Virus record (IMG/VR): IMGVR_UViG_2534681774_000027 | Span: 1 to 5,594 of that record | Source of the DNA: a virus | Lineage: Duplodnaviria > Heunggongvirae > Uroviricota > Caudoviricetes | Reading direction: 5' to 3' (one strand) | DNA: 5,594 bases | Part shown: piece by piece, positions 1 through 5,209 of the stretch | How positions within the stretch are numbered: the first letter of the stretch is position 1 | Layout: each line of letters opens with the position of its first letter | Notes under the pieces: generated by a model | Told to the model about the DNA's origin: nothing | Seen by the model: only the letters and a program-made list of their open reading frames with translations | Databases searched by the model: none | Position numbers and translations under genes: made by a program

Positions 1-444
1 AGAAGTCCGGGGATGTACAGCAGAACAGCGTCTGGCGGCAAGAAAGCCAGAGCTGCGCCACTGATGCAGTCACTGTATGACTGGATACAGACTCAGATGA
101 AAACACTGTCGCGTCACTCGGATACGGCAAAAGCGTTCGCATACCTGCTGAAACAGTGGGATGGCCTGAACGTGTACTGCAGTAATGGCTGGGTGGAAAT
201 CGACAACAACATCGCAGAGAACGCCTTACGGGGAGTGGCCGTAGGCCGGAAAAACTGGCTGTTCGCGGGTTCCGACAGCGGTGGCGAACATGCGGCGGTG
301 TTGTACTCGCTGATCGGCACATGCCGTCTGAACAATGTGGAACCAGAAAAATGGCTGCGTTACGTCATTGAGCATATCCAGGATTGGCCGGCAAACCGGG
401 TACGCGATCTGTTGCCCTGGAAAGTTGATCTGACCTCTCAGTAA
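1..444 (+). CDS. IS66-family transposase, C-terminal fragment (5' end lies outside the window)
   Basis: Reading frame is open from base 1 with no upstream stop; stop at 442-444. Translation (…[51 protein letters not shown]…LLPWKV) matches the conserved C-terminus of IS66-family transposases as I remember it. Only about 147 codons are present, so the gene is 5'-truncated by the window edge. Confidence 0.8.
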   Translation, partial: RSPGMYSRTASGGKKARAAPLMQSLYDWIQTQMKTLSRHSDTAKAFAYLLKQWDGLNVYCSNGWVEIDNNIAENALRGVAVGRKNWLFAGSDSGGEHAAVLYSLIGTCRLNNVEPEKWLRYVIEHIQDWPANRVRDLLPWKVDLTSQ

Positions 445-474
445 ATATCAATACGGTTCTGGCGAGCCGCTTAC
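1..474 (+). mobile_element. Right-hand part of an IS66-family insertion sequence; terminus inferred near 474
   Basis: Transposase C-terminus ends at 444. Bases 461-474 (ggcgagccgcttac) read inward from the end as GTAAGCGGCTCGCC, which resembles the GTAAGCG-type terminal inverted repeat I recall for IS66-family elements. The exact boundary is inferred, not verified against the left end. Confidence 0.45.
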
Positions 475-530
475 CATCGATCTGTTATGCCTATTACTTA
501 TGAGTGGTGTTACCCTCATTTGTGAGGGTG

Positions 531-567
531 ACAAAAAGAAAACCCGCAGTTTTTACGCTGCGGGTTT
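531..567 (-). terminator. Rho-independent terminator downstream of the zinc-ribbon/TM2 gene
   Basis: Perfect 10-bp stem aaacccgcag (540-549) / ctgcgggttt (558-567) with an 8-nt loop. On the minus strand it is followed by TCTTTTTGT (complement of 531-539). It lies about 25 nt past the stop of the 593-889 gene. Confidence 0.55.
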
Positions 568-592
568 GTCATTCTGATTCGCCCACTAGGCA

Positions 593-889
593 TTAGCCAT
601 ATTTGCGGGCAAAGTCTTCATCAGAGGTGCATAGATAGATAAAAAACTCAATAAATGCCACGATTGCCGGAATGAATGTCCAGCAAAAAATAAGGTAAAG
701 GAATCCTTGCCCCACTTTACCTAAATAAAATTTGTGTGCACCAAGACCACCTAAAAAGAAAGCCAGTAGTGCGGCTGTCATTCTGCTTTTTGAACTTGCT
801 GTTCTTTGAGGTGCTCCACAATTGGGGCAGGATGTGGCATCTTTATGTATTTCCTTGCCGCATCCGCGACAAAATACCATTTCACTCAT
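593..889 (-). CDS. Small membrane protein with N-terminal zinc ribbon and C-terminal TM2 domain (98 aa), function unknown
   Basis: ORF with an AGGAA Shine-Dalgarno 6 nt upstream of the ATG at 889. N-terminus carries CxxC…CxxC (CRGCGKEI…CPNCG); C-terminus has the TM2 signature LLAFFLGGLGAHKFYLGKVGQGFLYL and two hydrophobic helices. Composition is visibly AT-rich compared with the phage genes. Confidence 0.8.
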   Translation of the reverse strand: MSEMVFCRGCGKEIHKDATSCPNCGAPQRTASSKSRMTAALLAFFLGGLGAHKFYLGKVGQGFLYLIFCWTFIPAIVAFIEFFIYLCTSDEDFARKYG

Positions 890-902
890 AAAGAGTTCCT
901 TT

Positions 903-960
903 CAAATTTAAATAAGCGTTAAACCCACCACTCTTACTGGTGGGCCTCAATTTAAATTTG
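903..960. repeat. Nested palindrome: 11-bp perfect inverted repeat flanking a 7-bp-stem hairpin
   Basis: caaatttaaat (903-913) and atttaaatttg (950-960) are exact reverse complements. Between them, cccacca (924-930) / tggtggg (938-944) form a stem with a 7-nt loop. On the minus strand the hairpin is followed by a U-rich stretch (TTTAACGCTTATTTAAATTT), so it could terminate the hok-like transcript and/or act as an operator for the TM2 gene. Confidence 0.35.
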
Positions 961-993
961 GGTGCCACTTCGACCATACCCTGGCAACCGATT

Positions 994-1015
994 GACGGGG
1001 GATTGCTCCCCCGTC
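994..1015 (-). other. GC-rich stem-loop just 3' of the hok-like ORF (possible mRNA 3' structure)
   Basis: gacggggga (994-1002) / tcccccgtc (1007-1015) form a perfect 9-bp stem with a 4-nt loop, beginning about 10 nt past the hok-like stop codon on the minus strand. Hok mRNAs are known to carry stable 3' structures. Confidence 0.3.
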
Positions 1016-1024
1016 GCGGTTTCC

Positions 1025-1165
1025 TTACTGCTTACACTGTAAGAACGCCGCAAACTCCGCTCCCCAGAAGCTCATCCGTATTTCGCACAGCGAACCATGC
1101 AGCATCCAGATGATGAGGATTGCCGTCACGCAGAACGTGATGGCCGTAAGCGATTTTTGCGACAT
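1025..1165 (-). CDS. hok: Hok/Gef-family type I toxin (46 aa), absent from the supplied ORF track
   Basis: Hand translation of the minus strand gives MSQKSLTAITFCVTAILIIWMLHGSLCEIRMSFWGAEFAAFLQCKQ with stop TAA at 1027-1025. AAGGAG Shine-Dalgarno lies 8 nt upstream of the ATG (1165-1163). One hydrophobic helix followed by the SLCEIR motif and a C-terminal AAFLxCK segment, closely resembling Hok-family proteins as I recall them (e.g. …DSLCELHIK…AAFLACK…). Confidence 0.7.
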   Translation of the reverse strand: MSQKSLTAITFCVTAILIIWMLHGSLCEIRMSFWGAEFAAFLQCKQ

Positions 1166-1295
1166 AGCACTTGCTCCTTTTCCGGAGAGGCGCTAACCTT
1201 TCACTTGTCAAGGTAATGCGGTTAGGGCCTCGGTTAAACAGAAATGTTTTCCGGGGCCTTTCCACATCCGGCCTTCGGGTATTCCCTCCGACCAT
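1032..1295 (-). CDS. mok: mok-like overlapping reading frame (translational coupling frame for hok); start uncertain
   Basis: ORF in a different frame that overlaps the whole hok-like ORF and stops 7 nt before the hok stop, which is the arrangement known for mok/hok. The ATG at 1295 has no clear Shine-Dalgarno; an in-frame GTG a few codons downstream is preceded by GAAGG and may be the true start. The protein has no recognisable domain, as expected for Mok. Confidence 0.35.
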   Translation of the reverse strand: MVGGNTRRPDVERPRKTFLFNRGPNRITLTSERLAPLRKRSKCYVAKIAYGHHVLRDGNPHHLDAAWFAVRNTDELLGSGVCGVLTV

Positions 1296-1355
1296 CAGCC
1301 GAAAGGCACCCGCGCGTAATCTATCGCTTTTTTGTTACTCCGGCAATTCTGCCTG

Positions 1356-1616
1356 TTAATTCTGAGATAAAGGCAAGCTCATCTGATTGTTTCCCCTGTG
1401 TGAAGCTGGCAGCTCATGCCACGGGATACCTTCTGAAGAGTGAACGCCGGAGGCATGTTTCGATGTGAATTTATGGAAAGCTTCCAGTGTTGAGAAGCAT
1501 ACGCCGCATTCCAGATTGTTACACTGGTAATACTTTTGCCGCACGGTGTTTGAATCATTTTCCGGACGACTGGTGCGGATACGGGCAGATGCGCCACAAA
1601 GCGGACAACGGAACAT
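1356..1616 (-). CDS. ogr: Ogr/Delta-family zinc-finger late-gene transcriptional activator
   Basis: MFRCPLCGASARIRTSR…YYQCNNLECGVCF carries the CX2C-X22-CX4C zinc finger and aligns with P2 Ogr as I remember it (MFHCPLCQHAAHARTSR…). GGAGG Shine-Dalgarno 5 nt upstream of the ATG. It sits immediately downstream of gpD on the same strand, as in P2. At 86 aa it is longer than the 72-aa P2 Ogr. Confidence 0.85.
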   Translation of the reverse strand: MFRCPLCGASARIRTSRPENDSNTVRQKYYQCNNLECGVCFSTLEAFHKFTSKHASGVHSSEGIPWHELPASHRGNNQMSLPLSQN

Positions 1617-1644
1617 AGCGACCTCCCTTAACGTGGTGCTGTCG

Positions 1645-2772
1645 CTATTCTAAGTTGCTCACTCTGTTTCCGCTATCCATTCCGGGATTTTTTGCTTCAA
1701 GCTCAAGCTGAGTGGTAAAGCCGCTGTTATCAATGGTGTGCCCGGCTTTTGCAATAATCCAGTCCTGATTATCAATCTCGCTTTTAAATCCTGTTACCGT
1801 GCCATGCATTTCGGGGTAGAGTTCTGCGCGTCCACGTGCCAGCGTGATGGAGAATGATGCGGCTCCGCGTTGTAGTTGTTGCCACTTTGCCGCCGCTGCG
1901 CGTCTTGCTGCCTGCTCGTTCTGATAAGTCTTGCGTAACACAAACACATTGCCTTCCGCGCCTTCCATATAATCACCTTCACGGCTGCTGCTTTTCTCTT
2001 TTTTCGGTTTTGGCGGTTTGCGGCGTTTCACGCTGACTTTTTTCTTTTTCCCGTAATTAAGATCAAGCCAGTAAGCGCGTACCCCCGTATACGCCTCGCG
2101 GTCAGCAATGCGGAACTGATGGCGATCGCCGCTGCTGCGTGTGATGGCGAACGATGGCAACGGCTGGCCCTGTGCGTTCACGCCACCGCCGGGCATGATG
2201 AATAACAGATTACCGCTTTTTACCGTGGTGATTGCGCCCAGCATTTCCGCCATGCGCGTAAGGAAGGACATGTCGCTTTCTTCGGTCTGGTCGGCGTGGT
2301 CGATTTCGATATGCATCAGCATTTCGCTGATTTGCGGTTTCAGACCGTACCGATGAGCGATGGCGGATACCACACGCTCAACGGTCACATCATGCCAGGA
2401 CACCTCACGTTTAACGTTAAATTCATCCCGAAAATCTGCGCTTCTGGCTGAAACAGTCAGCCTGTCCGGCGGTCCTTCGTGTGCGATTTCATCGACAATG
2501 TAAGAGCCTTTTTCTGTCAGCGGTTCGCCTTTCCAGCCAATGAGAACCGTCAGGCGCGCGCCCCGTGGCGGTAGCTGCAACTGACCATCCGCATCATCCA
2601 GCGTGATGGTGAGCTGGTCCGCCTCAAATCCCCGGTTGTCGGTCAGTGACAGGCTCATCAGGCGCTCTGCCACGCCTGACAGCGTTTTACCCTCCGCGAG
2701 AATATCAAAAATCCGGCATTTTTCACGGGGGTCTGTGCTCTGACTGAGCAATTGCATGGTGGTGTCGGTCAT
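1645..2772 (-). CDS. D: P2 gpD-like tail protein (late control gene D family)
   Basis: Translation contains LSLTDNRGFEADQLTITLDDADGQL…, the lysine-rich KKKKVSVKRRKPPKPKKEK segment, and a C-terminus …GFTTQLELE…, all matching P2 gpD as I recall it. Start placed at the ATG at 2772 because of a strong GGAGGG Shine-Dalgarno 5 nt upstream; the track's ATG at 2793 is in frame but lacks one. Confidence 0.88.
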   Translation of the reverse strand: MTDTTMQLLSQSTDPREKCRIFDILAEGKTLSGVAERLMSLSLTDNRGFEADQLTITLDDADGQLQLPPRGARLTVLIGWKGEPLTEKGSYIVDEIAHEGPPDRLTVSARSADFRDEFNVKREVSWHDVTVERVVSAIAHRYGLKPQISEMLMHIEIDHADQTEESDMSFLTRMAEMLGAITTVKSGNLLFIMPGGGVNAQGQPLPSFAITRSSGDRHQFRIADREAYTGVRAYWLDLNYGKKKKVSVKRRKPPKPKKEKSSSREGDYMEGAEGNVFVLRKTYQNEQAARRAAAAKWQQLQRGAASFSITLARGRAELYPEMHGTVTGFKSEIDNQDWIIAKAGHTIDNSGFTTQLELEAKNPGMDSGNRVSNLE

Positions 2773-2928
2773 CTTTCCCTCCCTGTGCGGCATGGTCGCA
2801 TGTGCGTGCGGAGGGGGTTACTGCTTTTTGTTGTCGCCGGGTCGGGAGAACGGCGCAGGGGTGAGATTACGCGCGTGGTGGGTGATGATTGTTGCCGAAT
2901 CATTTAACGGATACAAGGGGCTGAAGCT
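2773..2928. promoter_or_regulatory. Divergent intergenic region between gpD (minus) and FI (plus); presumed late promoter(s) and possible rearrangement junction
   Basis: 156 bp of non-coding sequence between two divergently oriented late genes. Contains an imperfect Ogr-box-like element TGT-N12-AGA (2832-2849; consensus is TGT-N12-ACA) and a Shine-Dalgarno for FI. No -10/-35 elements could be assigned with confidence. Confidence 0.35.
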
Positions 2929-4113
2929 ATGAGTGAAACTCGTTTTCATGGTGCCCGTGTTACGGAAAATACCGACCTGGTAACAGCGATTAACGATGTT
3001 GATTCCAGCGTTATCGGTATCGTGGCAACGGCGGATGATGCGGACGCGAAGCTGTTCCCGCTGAACAAGCCCACACTGCTGACCCGCGTCAATGACGTGC
3101 TGGGAAAATGCGGAACAACGGGGACGCTTTATCGTGCGCTTAAGGCCATCGCAGACCAGGTGAGCACAAAGGTGATCGTCGTTCGCGTGGCTGAACACAA
3201 AGAAGAAGACGGAAAGACGCAGGATCAACTGGTTATCGGTGGTTCTGAGGATGACGGCAGCTATACGGGGATGTATGCGCTGCTTGTTGCAGAGCAGGAT
3301 GAAAGCATCGGATACCGTCCGCGTATTCTGGCCGCGCCGGAGCTGGACACGGAGGCGGTGACAAAATCCCTGTGCGTGATTGCGGGTAAACTGCGCGCGT
3401 TTGTGTATGCCTCATGTCACGGCTGTAACACGATGGCTGAGGCGATTACCTACCGCCAGAAATTCAACGAACGTGAGGTGATGCTCTTATGGCCGGACTT
3501 CATCGCCTACAACCCGAAAAGTGGCAAAAACGAAACGTTCCCCGCGCCTGCCTATGCGTGCGGCCTTCGTGCGTACATTGACCATGAGCAGGGATGGCAC
3601 AAATCACTGTCCAACGTTCCGGTTAAAAATGTGCTGGGGATGTCGAGGCATGTGTTCTGGTCGTTGCAGGCCGAAGACAGCGATGCCAACAGCCTCAACA
3701 ACAAAGAAATCACGACCATTATTCGTCGCAACGGGTTCCGCTTCTGGGGCAACCGCACACCGGAAACGAACGCCTACATCTTTGAGGTGTATACCCGAAC
3801 CGCACAGGTGCTGGCTGATTCAATTGCAGAAGCGCAGTTTGAAACCATCGACAGTCCACTGACGCCTGCGAACGTGAAGGATGTTATCAGTGCCATCAGG
3901 GCAAAACTGGATTCACTGGTTACTGCCGGGAAACTGATTGGCGCGGAGTGCTGGTATGACGTGGTGGATAACAGCACCATGGATTTACGTCAGGGACGTG
4001 TGCGTATTCGCTATAAATATACGCCCGTTCCGCCACTGGAAGACATGGAGCTTTACCAGACGTTTACTGATGAATACTTTGAACCCGCATTTGCGGTGCT
4101 GGGAGGTGCCTGA
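2929..4113 (+). CDS. FI: Contractile tail sheath protein (P2 gpFI family), 394 aa
   Basis: Length and translation (…VIGIVATADDADAKLFPLNKPTLLTRVNDVL…GTLYRALKAIADQ…) match P2 FI sheath protein (about 396 aa) as I remember it. The stop overlaps the FII start in a TGATG junction, indicating translational coupling. Confidence 0.93.
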   Translation: MSETRFHGARVTENTDLVTAINDVDSSVIGIVATADDADAKLFPLNKPTLLTRVNDVLGKCGTTGTLYRALKAIADQVSTKVIVVRVAEHKEEDGKTQDQLVIGGSEDDGSYTGMYALLVAEQDESIGYRPRILAAPELDTEAVTKSLCVIAGKLRAFVYASCHGCNTMAEAITYRQKFNEREVMLLWPDFIAYNPKSGKNETFPAPAYACGLRAYIDHEQGWHKSLSNVPVKNVLGMSRHVFWSLQAEDSDANSLNNKEITTIIRRNGFRFWGNRTPETNAYIFEVYTRTAQVLADSIAEAQFETIDSPLTPANVKDVISAIRAKLDSLVTAGKLIGAECWYDVVDNSTMDLRQGRVRIRYKYTPVPPLEDMELYQTFTDEYFEPAFAVLGGA

Positions 4114-4625
4114 TGGCTGTGCCAAAACATCTTCGCTTTTTTACGCTGTTTGTGGATGGTGAAAACGAAGTGGGTAAGGTGACGTCCGTCACTCTGCCCA
4201 AACTGACGCGCAAAACCGACAGCTACCGGGGGGGCGGCATGATGGGTGCGGTAAGTATTGATCTCGGTCTGGACGACTCCGCGCTTGATGCGAGCTTTGT
4301 CATGGGGGGCGCAGTTCGTGAGCTGTTCCTTAAGTATGGCGGCACGATTGACGGCACGCTGCTGCGTTTTGCGGGTGAATACTACACCGATGCAGAAAGC
4401 GACCTGTATGAAGTCGAAATGCGCGGACGTGTGACGGAAATTGATATGTGGGAAGCCAAACAGGGCGAAGCCACATCACACACTTACGCCATTAAAAACA
4501 CCTACTACAAGCTGAGTGTTAACGATCGCCCGTTGTGGGAGATTGACCTGCTGAACTTCATTTACCGGAAGGACGGCAAGGACATTGTGCCCGATCGCAT
4601 CCGTTCCGCGCTCGGGCTTGGCTGA
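4113..4625 (+). CDS. FII: Tail tube protein (P2 gpFII family), 170 aa
   Basis: Translation (…VTLPKLTRKTDSYRGGGMMGAVSIDLGLDD…LRFAGEY…EAKQGEATSHTY…) matches P2 FII (about 172 aa) as I remember it. Position directly after the sheath gene is canonical. Confidence 0.93.
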   Translation: MAVPKHLRFFTLFVDGENEVGKVTSVTLPKLTRKTDSYRGGGMMGAVSIDLGLDDSALDASFVMGGAVRELFLKYGGTIDGTLLRFAGEYYTDAESDLYEVEMRGRVTEIDMWEAKQGEATSHTYAIKNTYYKLSVNDRPLWEIDLLNFIYRKDGKDIVPDRIRSALGLG

Positions 4626-4679
4626 TAAGTAATATGCAGGCGGCGCAGTGCGTCGCCTCTGACTGAAAGGAGTTTCCTG

Positions 4680-5045
4680 ATGAAAGAGACGAAAAACATC
4701 GATACCGAAAACACGGTCGTTGCTGACACTGTGAAAGAAACCAGTGAGCGTGGCATAAAACTTACCCAACCAATTGAGCGAGGCGGCGAAAAAATCACGT
4801 ATGTGGAGATCACCGGAGCTATTGAGCAGGCTGGATCTCTGCGAGATTTGTCGCTGTCTGATGTGCTGAATCTGAAAGCGGAATCTATGTTTACGCTGCT
4901 GTCACGCGTGACATCACCGCGACTGGATGAAGTGACGATCAAAAAAATGGCATCCCGTGACTTTATTCAGTTATGTGTGGTTGCCGTAAATTTTTTGAGC
5001 GGTGCGGACTCTGGCGGGAAGAACGAACAGGCGACGGAAGCCTGA
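4680..5045 (+). CDS. E: Tail assembly chaperone gpE (zero-frame product)
   Basis: Strong AAAGGAG Shine-Dalgarno upstream of the ATG. Acidic small protein located between the tube and tape-measure genes, and it contains the P2-type slippery heptamer T_TTT_TTG in frame. Confidence 0.8.
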   Translation: MKETKNIDTENTVVADTVKETSERGIKLTQPIERGGEKITYVEITGAIEQAGSLRDLSLSDVLNLKAESMFTLLSRVTSPRLDEVTIKKMASRDFIQLCVVAVNFLSGADSGGKNEQATEA

Positions 5046-5209
5046 TCACGGTTGTGTGCTTTGAGCACATAGAAGACTTTGTGGCAGATATTGCCGTTAT
5101 TTTTAACTGGTCGCCCGCCGAAATCTTCATGATGACGCCCGGCGAAGTGGTTAGCTGGCGTGAGCGGGCGGCACTTCGCAGCGGGAATGCAGACAATGAA
5201 GACTCTTGA
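4680..5209 (+). CDS. E+E': gpE+E' fusion produced by programmed -1 ribosomal frameshift
   Basis: Slippery heptamer T_TTT_TTG at 4991-4997 in the E frame. The -1 frame is open from there to the TGA at 5207-5209 (…FFERCGLWREERTGDGSLITVV…), overlapping the start of T by 14 nt. This is the organisation described for P2 E/E' and is analogous to lambda G/GT. Confidence 0.7.
4991..4997 (+). other. Programmed -1 frameshift slippery site (TTTTTTG)
   Basis: Heptamer X_XXY_YYZ = T_TTT_TTG positioned in the gpE frame as AAT TTT TTG; the -1 frame continues open for about 70 codons. Confidence 0.7.

Noticed and set aside
114-335. 73-aa minus-strand ORF inside the IS66 transposase gene
   Set aside because: Lies entirely within, and antisense to, a well-supported transposase frame; no Shine-Dalgarno and no recognisable motifs.
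1171-1468. Plus-strand ORFs 1171-1359 (62 aa) and 1244-1468 (74 aa)
   Set aside because: Antisense to the hok/mok leader and the ogr 3' end; no ribosome-binding sites and low-complexity products. If anything is transcribed on this strand it is more likely a non-coding antisense RNA.
1379-1597. 72-aa minus-strand ORF in an alternative frame within ogr
   Set aside because: Out-of-frame overlap with the Ogr zinc-finger ORF, which has the clear homology and Shine-Dalgarno.
1794-2356. Short ORFs 1794-1982 (minus), 1854-2036 (plus) and 2141-2356 (plus) inside gpD
   Set aside because: All are embedded in, or antisense to, the gpD coding frame; translations are arginine- or cysteine-rich and look like frame artefacts.
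2832-2849. Ogr-binding site TGT-N12-ACA
   Set aside because: Only an imperfect TGT-N12-AGA match was found. It is kept as a low-confidence note but not called as a defined operator.
2818-3228. 136-aa minus-strand ORF overlapping the FI start; considered as a possible gpU remnant
   Set aside because: Translation shows no resemblance to gpU, it overlaps the well-supported FI N-terminus on the opposite strand, and it has no Shine-Dalgarno.
3233-4162. ORFs 3233-3415, 3521-3862, 3552-3758, 3774-3980 and 3938-4162 within FI/FII
   Set aside because: Alternative-frame or antisense ORFs inside the sheath and tube genes; no independent support.
4476-4942. Minus-strand ORFs 4476-4769 (97 aa) and 4562-4942 (126 aa)
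   Set aside because: Antisense to FII and E, spanning the intergenic Shine-Dalgarno of E; no homology signal.
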